From contig NC_043003.1 in the NCBI RefSeq assembly GCF_006345805.1, positions 107,694,001 through 107,758,000 on the forward strand: DNA of 64,000 nucleotides. Reading direction: 5' to 3'. How positions within the stretch are numbered: position 1 is the first letter of the stretch; each line of letters starts with the position of its first letter. Shown here one piece after another: positions 52,106 through 64,000 of the stretch. Source of the DNA: Octopus sinensis. Taxonomy: Eukaryota. A program made the position numbers and the translations under genes. The notes beneath the pieces were generated by a model, which saw nothing but the letters and a program-made list of their open reading frames with translations, did no database searches and was not told where the DNA came from.

Positions 52106-53566
52106 GCCTATCGTATTATATTACAGTGTGTATTGTTCTGTCGTATCTTTTATCAAATCTATTAAAATTTATTAAATTATATATTATCATTGTCTGCCTT
52201 TCATCATGTATGCTGTTATTGTTACAATGGATTATTACCGTACTTAATATTTTATAAGTATTTTGTCATATATGTGTGTCACTTTTAAATGAAAGTACTA
52301 TTATTACAACTTCGACCACAAAATAATATTTCATTGTTAAATTAATAAAATGACAACCCTTTCTCTAACCTTCCCCAAACAATATATATATATATATGTA
52401 ATGACCTTGCCTTGCAAAGGTTGGTTTGTAAAACAATGTCTGAAATATACTGTATTCCTGCACAATTACTTTATACATAACAATGATTTATTCACAAAGC
52501 TGACAGAGTACCAATTATTTGCACACTCCCCCACACAATCCCCTACTTTTATTCACATGCTCATGTACACGTTATCTTCTTACTCCAAGTTTTAGATTAC
52601 AGAAAAATAAAACGTTCTTTATCTAAAAAGGAGAGATCTCAGTCAACACGCAATAATCACTAGTTCAGTACTGACCTGTATCTATCCTACTCACCTTTCT
52701 CTTCTATCGTCGTCATCACAATATCTGTCCGCTTTATCCTGAGTATGACTTTAAACTGATTCGGGAGTTTCAGGGATTCGAGGTATGTAGAATTACCTCT
52801 TGACCACTATTGTTCCGAGGTCTACTCTGACCCAAAGTAGTGGCACCTATTAGTAGCATCTCTCAGGTATGGGTTACGTGGTATATTAGGGCTTGCATTT
52901 GAAGATTGACTCGGCGGACTCGTTGGAAGAAAGTTTCATTGTTCAACAGAGGGGATGGCGGTTGCAGCGACGCATTGTGGAGTGCAGAGGGCAAGATGAG
53001 GCAACTTCACTGCACATTACATAACTTTTATATAACGGGCTAGTTTGTTCATCGCCTACTTTCAGAGACGGTGTAAGTTTTGATATAGGAAGGATCAGAG
53101 TAGAGTTCCTTTAAATACATCTATAGAATATCGGAAGTAATGACCTTAACAAAATAATGTAAAACGCACTGTTAACGCAGTAGAATGTGGTAATTATTTA
53201 ATATACTTTATAATACATTATGATTGCATACCGAAATACCACATACCTAAAAATCATTAGTATTTACGTAGCAGCTTCCAGGAATGCGTTTAATATGTAA
53301 ATTGGTATATCCAATATCTTTACACCTCTATGAATGGTGACTTTTTAAGTAGTCTGTCCGAAATTAATTAATGGTTAAATGGGTGCTGATGAAGAGGAAA
53401 CCTACCCCCCACGAAATATGACATATATGTCCATTATCCATTTTTCATCTTAGATTTCATTGTTTGTTTACATTTGTCGTCTCGTAATTGAAACGCTGTT
53501 GCAAAAATCACTGCTGGCTATAATTTGTACAGGTTATATTGGAGAAATAAGCGTAACAAAATAACA

Positions 53567-53599
<33 letters not shown>

Positions 53600-53606
53600 T
53601 ATATAT

Positions 53607-53652
<46 letters not shown>

Positions 53653-54858
53653 CGAGTCTTTAGGTCTTTAGGATCCCTGTTATTAATTAATAAAAAGGTA
53701 ACGATTTGGCAGAATCTTTAGCACGCTGGACACAATTCTTAGCGTCATTTCTTCTGGTTCTTTACGACCTGAGTTCAATAACCGCTGAGGTCAACTTTGC
53801 CTTTCACTTTTCCGGGATTGATAAAATAAAGTATAGATCAAGTACTGGGATCAATATAATCGACTAGCACCTTTCTCCTAAAAAGTTCGGGCCTTGTGTC
53901 AAAAGTAGAAAGGATTATTAAATTAACGTGAGGTGGCGAGTTGATAGAATCATAAGTGCCGGAAGAAATACTGCAAAGTATTTCTTCCGGCTCTTTACCT
54001 TCCGAGTTCAAACTTCGCGAAGGTCAGAGGTTGATAAAATAAAATACCTGTAAAGTACTGGCGTATATGGTATCGACTAATCGCCTCCCAATAAATTTTC
54101 CGATTTGTGTCTAAATTAGAAACCATTATAAAATTAATCTTAGATTTGACGCAGAAAAAAAATGTTGCATAAACATTTAGACGGTCGTAGCGCTACGATT
54201 AATAAACATATATTTAATCTCGTTTCAAGATTGTTGTTCATCATACACGCATGGATACACACGTATAGCACAAGCACAATTGCATACCTGCATATCAGGT
54301 ACCGAAGAGAATATTCTGATACATGTATATATATATATATATATATTCATGAAGATACATGTATACAAACACAGACTGATATATATTGTGATATATATTC
54401 ACAAACATGTATGCATATATATATATATATATATATATGCATATATATCACCTTATATTTATATATTATGTAATATGAATTACGATTTCGAAACTATTAG
54501 AGAATTTTAATGTAAGATCAGGTTAGTGCTTGGCGGTGAATTCCAATCTCCAATCCGATACTGCAGAGATTTGGTAACTTAGATATTTCCAACTGAACAA
54601 ATAAGATTTGTGAGCCTACTTCATCCTTCCGCTTCGCTGACGAGTGCACGCTTGCATGAAACCAGACATCTTACGACTGGAAAAGAAATGTTTATATATT
54701 TCTATCCACATTTTATGTATCTATGCTTTACATGTATATTGAATAGCATATCTTGTATGTGCTTGACATCATTATACACGCACGCACGCACACAAACACA
54801 AACACACACACACACACAAACACGTTCACACATACAAGCGTACACACATATAAAAGAA

Positions 54859-54898
<40 letters not shown>

Positions 54899-55265
54899 AA
54901 AAACATGGATTTATGAACATTCACTGAAAACACGTTGGTTGAAAGCACATTGCTCAAAACACACTCGTTGAAGAAAAGGTTGAATATTCGTCAGAATTTA
55001 AATCTATGATTTCCCTCTACAGCACCAATAGCATGACAAGTGGGGGACTTGCAAGTAGAGGCAGCTATTAAGTCTTCTACAAAAAAAAAAAAGAAAGAAA
55101 AAGAAGGAAATTGCGTAGTCGATAACATTGACCTCAGTTCACATCTGTTACTTATTTTATCGACTCTGAAAGAATGAAAGGCAATATTTGAACTCAGAAC
55201 GTATTAATCAGACGAAATGCCGCTCAGCATTTTATCCAGTGTGCTAACGACTCTGCCAGCTCACT
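51320..55265. mobile_element. Further dispersed copies of the same SINE family (about 51320-51470 -, 51490-51710 +, 53695-53900 +, 53930-54125 +, 55100-55265 -)
   Basis: Same diagnostic blocks; boundaries are approximate and the interval also contains non-SINE DNA. Confidence 0.6.
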
Positions 55266-55268
55266 GTC

Positions 55269-55270
<2 letters not shown>

Positions 55271-55320
<50 letters not shown>

Positions 55321-55331
55321 TGATGATAATG

Positions 55332-55392
<61 letters not shown>

Positions 55393-55469
55393 TAATAATA
55401 ATAATAATAATAATGATGATGATAATGATAATAATAATAATGATGATGATAATAATAATAATAATGATA

Positions 55470-55517
<48 letters not shown>

Positions 55518-55572
55518 TAATAATAATGATGATAATGATATAATAATAATGATGATGATAATAATAATAATG

Positions 55573-55646
<74 letters not shown>

Positions 55647-55682
55647 TAATATATAATAATATAATATATAATAATAATAATG

Positions 55683-55719
<37 letters not shown>

Positions 55720-55790
55720 TAATATAATAATAATAATGATGATGATAATGATATAATAATGATGATATAATAATAATGATAATAATAATA

Positions 55791-55826
<36 letters not shown>

Positions 55827-55892
55827 TAATAATAATGATGATAATGATAATAATAATAATGATGATGATAATAATAATAATAATGATAATAC

Positions 55893-55924
<32 letters not shown>

Positions 55925-56084
55925 TAATAATAATAATAATAATAATGATGATGATAATGATAATAATAATAATGATGATGATAATATAATAATAATGATA
56001 ATAAAATAATAATAATAATAATAATATAATAATAATAATAATAATAATAATATAATGATGATGATGATAATAATAATAATAATG

Positions 56085-56121
<37 letters not shown>

Positions 56122-56222
56122 TGATGATGATGATAATGATAATAATAATAATAATGATAATAATAATGATGATGATGATAATAATAATAATGATGATAAT
56201 AATAATGATAATAATAATAATA

Positions 56223-56270
<48 letters not shown>

Positions 56271-56330
56271 TAATAATGATGATGATGATTATGATGATGA
56301 TGATGATGATGATGATGATGGTGATGATGA
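55271..56330. repeat. ~1.06-kb (AAT/GAT)n array, the 3' flank of copy F
   Basis: Directly visible; it becomes (GAT)n next to F. Confidence 0.95.
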
Positions 56331-57165
56331 TTTCTTTATTAACCACAAACGGTTTACATATAAAATAAAAACATTATGGACAACGCAGGACGAATACAAT
56401 ATGGGGTTACATGTGTAAACAATGAAGCGCAAAAACATTTATTGAATATAGCGAAATTCCCCAAAAGAGGGAGACCTCCTAGAACTTCTCAGAGAACCCC
56501 AGAAGTCCACAACAGTCCTTACTACCAGGCTAAGTGTCCTTTCCGCATGCTTCATTCGGGCTAGTCTTGCAACATTCACCCACCTTCTAACAAAATTGCT
56601 GGGGAACAGAACTTCCCTCTCCACTCTCACTTTGATGAGGGCTTGGCCAAAGTGGAATGTATCTGTCTTTCAACTTGGTCCACCACACAAACTCTTTCGC
56701 TAAGGCAACCAGGCAAAGAAAAACAGCCTGCCTTCCCCGGCCAAAGGAAGGCGGCGGGACTATCTCCACAATAGACTTATCCGATGGCCGGATTCATCCT
56801 AGACGCGATAGCAGGTGTTCAACATAAACCCACAAGTCAGAAATACTCGGGCATTGGACAAGAGCATGCAGAACGGTTTCGTCGCTCTGCACGCATCTCG
56901 GGCAAATCCGGCTGACTGCACTTCTGTGCCTATAGAGTTTATCTCGAGCAGGTAGTGCACCCCGGTTGCACAGCCAGGCCAAGGATTTCTGGAAATTATC
57001 CATAGGCCCCGGTCCGAAAGTTCTCCGGAACATATGTGTCACATGAGGTGGAGGTTGTTGTGAATGGATCTGCTTGAGATGGCGCATCTTTGCACATCAG
57101 CAATCAGTTCCTCGACGACAAGCGCCAACCTCTTCACTAGCACCCTGGCCAAAATTTTGAAGTTT
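56331..57165 (-). mobile_element. Diverged Tx1-like copy F, 5'-truncated with a ~1.2-kb internal deletion, ending in (TCA)n
   Basis: Minus strand reads FKILARVLVKRLALVV…SIHNNLHL, joined at ~57035 to [19 protein letters not shown]…[18 protein letters not shown]…RRWVNVARLARM. The 3' end is AACC-GTTTGT-GGTT-AATAAAGAAA-TCATCATC. Confidence 0.88.
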
Positions 57166-57168
57166 AAC

Positions 57169-57202
<34 letters not shown>

Positions 57203-57244
57203 ACAACAACGACGACGATGATAATAATAATAATAATAATAATG

Positions 57245-57300
<56 letters not shown>

Positions 57301-57312
57301 TATTATTATTAT

Positions 57313-57761
57313 ATGACTGTCCTAATCGACATAAATGTATATGTCAAGACCTACCAAAAACTGAGCAAGTATAAAGATCTTAAAATAAAAATTGGTAAAA
57401 TGTGGAACCTCAATACTAAAGCGATACCTATTGTCATAGATGCCCTAGGAATGATAGCAAAAGGGGCTGATTCCTATCTAGCTCAGATACTAGGAAACCC
57501 TAAAATGGCAGAAATTCAAAAGATAGTGCTCATGAGAACTGCCCATATCCTACGTAAAATACTGTCCATGTAATCTCAAATTTTAAAACAAACACGTAAT
57601 TTTCTTATGATTTTCTTAAAATTCTCTAGAACAATACTACGTGCGAAACCAAATATATGATATCTAGGCATACCACCGACATGAACTTCTAACTTATCTC
57701 TTGAGGTCCTTGGATCCAAATTGTGCAAATACAAAGCAAAAGTCAAACAAATAATAATAAT

Positions 57762-57821
<60 letters not shown>

Positions 57822-58267
57822 TATTATTATTATATGACTGTCCTAATCGACATAAATGTATATGTCAAGACCTACCAAAAACTGAGCAAGTATAAAGATC
57901 TTAAAATAAAAATTGGTAAAATGTGGAACCTCAATACTAAAGCGATACCTATTGTCATAGATGCCCTAGGAATGATAGCAAAAGGGGCTGATTCCTATCT
58001 AGCTCAGATACTAGGAAACCCTAAAATGGCAGAAATCAAAAGATAGTGCTCATGAGAACTGCCCATATCCTACGTAAAATACTGTCCATGTAATCTCAAT
58101 TTTAAAACAAACACGTAATTTTCTTATGATTTTCTTAAAATTCTCTAGAACAATACTACGTGCGAAACCAAATATATGATATCTAGGCATACCACCGACA
58201 TGAACTTCTAACTTATCTCTTGAGGTCCTTGGATCCAAATTGTGCAAATACAAAGCAAAAGTCAAAC

Positions 58268-58268
<1 letters not shown>
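57313..58268 (+). mobile_element. Two tandem copies (period ~521 bp) of an R4/Dong-like 3' end with (TAA)n tails
   Basis: KLSKYKDL…W…IPIVIDALG…IQKIVLMRTAHILRKIL is the C-terminus of a restriction-like-endonuclease non-LTR ORF, followed by a 3'UTR and (TAA)n. Confidence 0.8.
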
Positions 58269-58336
<68 letters not shown>

Positions 58337-58382
58337 AGTAATGATGATGATGATAATGATGATGATTTTTATGATTATTATG

Positions 58383-58433
<51 letters not shown>

Positions 58434-58439
58434 TGAATA

Positions 58440-59510
58440 CTCCATCCAAAATCTGGCATAAAAATATTATATATGCTACAAAATGAAGATTATAGAAGCC
58501 TTATACAACTAGAAAACTACTATAGGTGCCCATCATAAAACCACAAAAGTATTTCATTCAGAATTAAGGAAAATTGATGGCATTAACTACAAACATGAGC
58601 AAAAGAGAACCCCTGATTTTGTCTTCAAGGAAGCCGAAAAATACAATGGAAAGGCCAGAATAATTGATAGGTGTGAAGGAAAGGAAGAGAATAAAAGAAC
58701 TATAAAGCAACTAAAATCTAAAGCTAAAACTGGAACTACAGAACACCACGATGAAATGATAGGAAGAAAACCCCTTACATGGAAAATACTGGAATAAGCC
58801 GAATAGGATGAAAAGTCAATGGAAAATCTCAGCACTAGATGAGAAGAAATTGAAATTCTCTTAATTGCAGCACAGGATCATAGCGTCCTTACTAGAAGCC
58901 ACTAAAAAGCTCATAGCGAAGTTGAATATTTAACTTCAGAATATGAGGAAGGAACAATAAATCATATTGACTCTGGTTTCCCAGGTTTGGTCAAGAAAAA
59001 TATATCCCCGTGCTAATACTATGGAATGCTAACAGAAGAGAAATGGCATAGTTATATACCAGAAAAGGTCTTAGAAAATAAATGACAAAGTAATTATACT
59101 CTGTGATATGCTAATACACACTGATAGAGAGATCAACGGTAATCGACCAGACATTGTTATCAAGAGAGAGACACACACACAGAAAAAAAACCCTAAAATA
59201 GTAAAAAAAAAAACAAAACAAAAAAAAAACTATCGAAATATAAAGAGATTGAAGTAACCCGGACGGTGAGGCCTGAAGCAGAAACAATCCCCATAATAAT
59301 AGGTGCTTCGGGAATGATAAAAATGAAAACATGCTGACAAATACCGAAGCCCCCAAGACTTACCAATGTATATACCATACAGAAAACAGCACAGCGAGGC
59401 AATGCACACATCTTATGCAGTAAAAATAACGAAACGAAAACAAACCACAGCACATACTCAAGACACGTTCGGCAGAGTGATAAAAGAACGCAGTGAAAAC
59501 ATGACTACTG
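58440..59510 (+). pseudogene. Decayed R4-like element, C-terminal half (zinc finger and RLE remnants)
   Basis: Broken motifs in the expected order: PLHGKY, LIAAQD, TINHI.SG, ILCDM.IHTDREI..NRPDIVIK, IPIIIGASGMIK; (AAT)n on both sides. Confidence 0.65.
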
Positions 59511-59529
59511 GATAATAATAATAATGATG

Positions 59530-59730
59530 AGGATGAAGATAATAATAATCCTTTCTACTAAAGGCACAAAGCCTAAAATTTTGGGGGAGGGGACTAGTAG
59601 ATTATATCGACCCCGAAAGGATGAAAGGCAAAGTTGACCTCAGCGGAATGAATTTGAACTCAGAATGTAAAGACAAATGAAATACCGCTACGCATTTTGC
59701 CCGGTGTGCTAACGATTCTGCCAGCTCATC
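59530..59730 (-). mobile_element. tRNA-SINE copy
   Basis: Same blocks as the 47180-48755 family. Confidence 0.7.
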
Positions 59731-59847
59731 GTATTAATAATAATAATAATAATATAAAATGCTTCGATCAAGAAAGCTGAAGTAAAGTATGTCACACCGA
59801 TTTTATTGAAATTGAGGATTTAAAGAAGCAAGTAATATATACATAAG

Positions 59848-59934
<87 letters not shown>

Positions 59935-60145
59935 GTGCATACAAATAACCACACATGTGCGCATGCATAATTATGTTTAAATACATACATACAGATACAT
60001 ACACACACACACACACACATATATATATACGTATATATAATTGAATTTATGTTATTATATTAAGTGCTTTCATTCTTGCTTGGCGTGCCAAAGTGCACGA
60101 AGGCCCCAGAATGTTAATATATACATTCCATATACATATAAACGA

Positions 60146-60176
<31 letters not shown>

Positions 60177-62858
60177 TTCACAAAACCACTCAAACCCACA
60201 AACTAAAGCTACAAAACATAATGATATTTTCTTACGCTGATGTCAATTCAAAAAAAAAAAAACGTAAACAGGTTTGCTTTATTCTTTTCCCTCTTCTTTT
60301 TTTTTTAACCATATCACCCACGCACGAATACTCACTCTTTCACCCACTCATGTTTATAGACTGCCTGTTCATATCTAGCTGACTCATGCATAATAATAAA
60401 TGATAAAAATCTAGTTATTCCTCAATACGATAACTAATTTACCATTTTTTATACTCGGCATACAGCCAATGTTTACAAGAGAATGGCTACCATCCATTAA
60501 TTTGTCTCCAGTATATATTGGCGCGTTTTTTTTATCGACCCTAATGAGATAAAATGCAAAGTTAATCCCAGTAGAATTTGAATATAGGCAATATGGGAGG
60601 GAAGGTATGCTAATCTCTATAATGTATTTAGTTCAACGTTTTACTCCTCCCTGTCTTCTCGTTTCTTTATATGGAAATTGCTTGACATTTTCTGATTAGA
60701 CATATTTATAAACAAATGACTTACTTTAATGACTCAAGAGGAACATAGTTGTGATGTTAATGCCTTCCTGATATCATTTGTTAGTAAAAACCTACGTGAA
60801 GCGAAGTAACTGAGCCCGAGAATCGGTTGTTCGGAGTTTATTCACATTGTTATATTTTACTCCTAAAAAAATGGAAGCTTGTTGGCTTTTGACTACAACG
60901 ACAATTAGTATCTGAACAGAGGTAAAAAAAAAACTTTGACTCGTTAGAATGTATTTGATAGGATAAGATCTTTGTGAGGAACACCTCGAGCTGAGGTGCG
61001 TTCTTCACGGTTAATCTTCTGGCTTCGGTCATAAACCCAGGAAATTACCTTGTGCCTAGCGCAAAGGAGAGAAAGTGGACTAAATGGTCGGCCTTTAAAG
61101 CAGAAGATTATTTTTCTATCCGTTTACTGTTGTAGTTCTTGTGTCCTTGGTCACCGGACTACTGCTCTTCTCTATCAAATTGAAATGAAGGCGTACGTCC
61201 GAAGGAAAATGACCTATTGCTGTGGAGTGGCTGACGCAGCGAGTGTCGCTGCTTGTTCTTCACAGCAACGCTGTTGACAACTGCTTGTTTGCAAGGTCTG
61301 GACGAGATGTGGTGTTCAGTTTGTTTTTGCTGTGTGCATCTATTTTTGAGCAATAACAACATTTAAAACGAAGACATCATTGAAGAAACTTTTGTCAGTA
61401 ATATGAAAATAGGTTATACTTGAAATTACATTTGTATTATAGGTAATAAATGATCACCAGAAGTACTGTATCGATTGTTCAAGTTATTTTTATCGGTGCG
61501 AGGACAATTCTTCCCCAGTTATTTCGTCGTCGGTTAATTTGTCCCCGGTCAATTCGTCGTTGATCAATTCATCTCCAGGTCAATTCGGCGCTGGCCAATT
61601 CGTCCCAAAATACTCTTAAATGGGATTTTCGAGGGAAAGTTTAGAACAATCCCTTTAGAATTAAAATTGTTGTTGGAAACTTTTAGATATATTTTTCCTT
61701 TCTTTAACCCCTCCCCGCCTCTTTCTTAAGTATCTGCGCTGAACAGTTTACGAGCAAATATTTTCAAGTAATTCGAATTAAATTTATTCAATACGCCTCG
61801 CCATCAACATGATTACCAGCAAGATCATAACTTTAGAGAAAGAAAACAATCAAAGTGGTCGATCAAGAAAATTATATAAACACAAAAAATAACCAGAATG
61901 CAGATGGATTGAAGATATATTAGAGGTGCGAAATCGTGTGTACAAGGCTGACTACAAACAGATGAAAATTATAAAGAGATTAAGAAGATTGGGATCTTTA
62001 ATCTTGCTTGAACTACTGCAGAGGTGAATGCAAGGATAATAGTTTTTTTTTAATATTAAAGTAAAGTCTATTTCATCTCGTGATGCCCCTCGCTCAATTA
62101 TCTCTCGTGAAATTCAGAATTTAAACGACTGTACATTGTTGCAAATACCTCCATTCGCACTACTTCAAAGCAATATTTGATGTTGGAGGCAAGCTGATTC
62201 CATCTATCCTGCCACCCCTTACAAATGTTGGGCTTTCCATTCCAAGTGAATACTGCTACCTTGACAATGATAAAACGTTTTGACAGTATGGCAGCGAGAG
62301 AGAAGATGCAAAGCGAATAGTAATACTTGTAAGTGACGAAGCACTTCGACAGTTAAAACAGCACAAGAACTGGCCGGCAAATGGAACATTTAAGTGCTGC
62401 TCTTGTATATTTTTTTCAGTTATATACACTCCACATACAAATTGATAATGTTAATGCCCCACGATTGTCCGCATTGCTCTCTGACAAAAGTTAATACACA
62501 TATAGAAGACATTTTGCCAAAGTAAATGAATTACTGCAGAATGAAGGATCTGATAATATAATTATTGATTTCGAAAAAGCAGCTCATAACGGATATCTGG
62601 AATCGTTTCCTGGGACGAATTTTGCATGCTGCTTGTTTCATTTAGGACTAAATGCGTACAAGCATGTTGTACAAGGAGGACTAAAATACTGATATCACGA
62701 AGATGACAGTTTTAGTCTAAAAATGCGGTGTTTTGTTGCCCTTGCCTTCCTGCCGGTTGATGATGTTGTAGATGGATAAGAACAACTTGTAGATGATGAT
62801 GATATTCCACAGTCAATTGTATCCTATTTTGAAAATAATCATATAGGACCACCTACAG

Positions 62859-62942
62859 CAGTGCTCCCTAACCTGGAGTCTGCAGACCCCTGGTGGTTCT
62901 CAAAGGTAGTATTGGGGGTCCGTGAACTAAATTCAAAATTTC

Positions 62943-63003
<61 letters not shown>

Positions 63004-63004
63004 T

Positions 63005-63040
<36 letters not shown>

Positions 63041-63153
63041 CATACATATACATAAGGATAAGTATATTAAAAGGGGTCCGAGGGAAAATTCGTTTAAACA
63101 AAAGGGTTGGGAACCGCTGGTGGGATCCACTGTGAAAAGGATGGGAACCACTG
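62859..63153. mobile_element. hAT(Charlie)-type MITE nested in the MULE transposase
   Basis: CAGTGCTCCC…GGGAACCACTG termini; imperfect 8-bp TSD ACCTACAG/ATCTAGAG; internal (TA)n; an additional internal right-end copy near 63104-63119. Confidence 0.7.
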
Positions 63154-63542
63154 ATCTAGAGGAAGAGGACAGAGGAGGCAACAGCTTGAACCTCCATTTC
63201 CATTACTCATATGGAATGTTTGGGATCGATGTATGACGGGGATTGCTCGTACTACAAATAGTTTAGAAGCCTACTACAACGCACTGAAAAATACAGTGAA
63301 TATTAGTCATCCAAATATTTGGAAACTTATTGATGGGATTAAATGTGAGGAAAGCTTTGCCAGTACCAAGTTGCAGAAGTTTATGCAAGGAGAAGAACCA
63401 AGCCAAAAGAAAAAGTACAGAGATATGAACCTGAGTATAAAAATTGTCACGGAAAAATATGATCCAAACCAAAGAATTATTTTTTCTAAAAGCAATTGCT
63501 TACAATCTTAAATTTTATGAAAAAATTAATATGTAATACAGC

Positions 63543-63959
63543 GACGAATTGACTGGGAACAAAATTAAACGACGACAAATTACTGTCGACGAATTGACTG
63601 GGAACAAAATTAAACGACGACAAATTACTGTCGACGAATTGACTGGGAACAAAATTAAACGACGACAAATTACTGTCGACGAATTGACTGGGAGCAAAAT
63701 TAAACGATGACAAATTACTGTCGACGAATTGACTGGGAACAAAATTAAACGACGACAAATTACTGTCGACGAATTGACTGGGAACAAAATTAAACGACGA
63801 CAAATTACTGTCGACGAATTGACTGGGAACAAAATTAAACGACGACAAATTACTGTCGACGAATTGACTGGGAACAAAATTAAACGACGACAAATTACTG
63901 TCGACGAATTGACTGGGAACAAAATTAAACGACGACAAATTACTGTCGACGAATTGACC
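63543..63959. repeat. 45-bp tandem repeat, nine full units plus a partial unit, forming the right subterminal arm of the MULE
   Basis: Unit GACGAATTGACTGGGAACAAAATTAAACGACGACAAATTACTGTC; the units are nearly identical. Confidence 0.95.
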
Positions 63960-64000
63960 AGACACCATTTTTATCGATGCTGATTTCGTAAGTTTCTGTA

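Larger units (their letters stand above)
61495..63966 (+). mobile_element. Complete but decayed Mutator/MULE DNA transposon with repeat-built TIRs
   Basis: GGTG…CACC termini with alignable TIRs; perfect 9-bp TSD ATTTTTATC (61486-61494 and 63967-63975); transposase remnants GTFK, QLYTLH, IIIDFEKAA, CLFHLG, ALAFLP, RTTNSLE and HPNIWKLI. Confidence 0.9.

Noticed and set aside
63543-63959. CRISPR-like regular 45-bp repeats
   Set aside because: There are no unique spacers and no cas genes, the context is eukaryotic, and the array is the subterminal arm of a MULE bounded by a 9-bp TSD.

Overview
AT-rich, microsatellite-dense eukaryotic genomic DNA made almost entirely of transposable elements. The SINE types suggest a cephalopod such as Octopus, which is an inference. 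The dominant feature is a cluster of five same-strand Tx1/L1-clade non-LTR retrotransposons: A 3071-4177 (5'-truncated), B ~4298-10178, C 14390-20416, D ~27259-32840 (3'-truncated) and E 33026-39083. Each sits in a (TATC)n/(CATC)n microsatellite, and the four intact 3' ends (A, B, C, E) have no poly(A) tail. A sixth, diverged relative (F, 56331-57165, minus strand) has the same 3' architecture but ends in (TCA)n. Across divergent copies the elements conserve several non-coding signals: a 5'-end motif ending in a splice-donor-like GTAAGT/GTAAT, a GCCC/GGGC 5'UTR hairpin, acceptor-like sites just before the ORF2 ATG, a covarying 3'UTR hairpin whose loop is a consensus splice acceptor, and a terminal 4-bp/6-nt stem-loop before AATAAA. 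Together these suggest a microsatellite-targeting LINE system that may be controlled by splicing, which is a hypothesis. Also present: a Penelope-like RT fragment, tRNA-headed repeats carrying minimal hammerhead ribozymes, an RTE-derived element with a possible HDV-like ribozyme remnant, a 424-bp hairpin, three MITEs with 8-bp TSDs and internal TTAGGG, a mariner fragment, R4/Dong-like fragments in (TAA)n, many tRNA-SINEs, a complete but decayed Mutator element with a 9-bp TSD, and one candidate host exon. All alignments and folds were done by eye; no database search was run.
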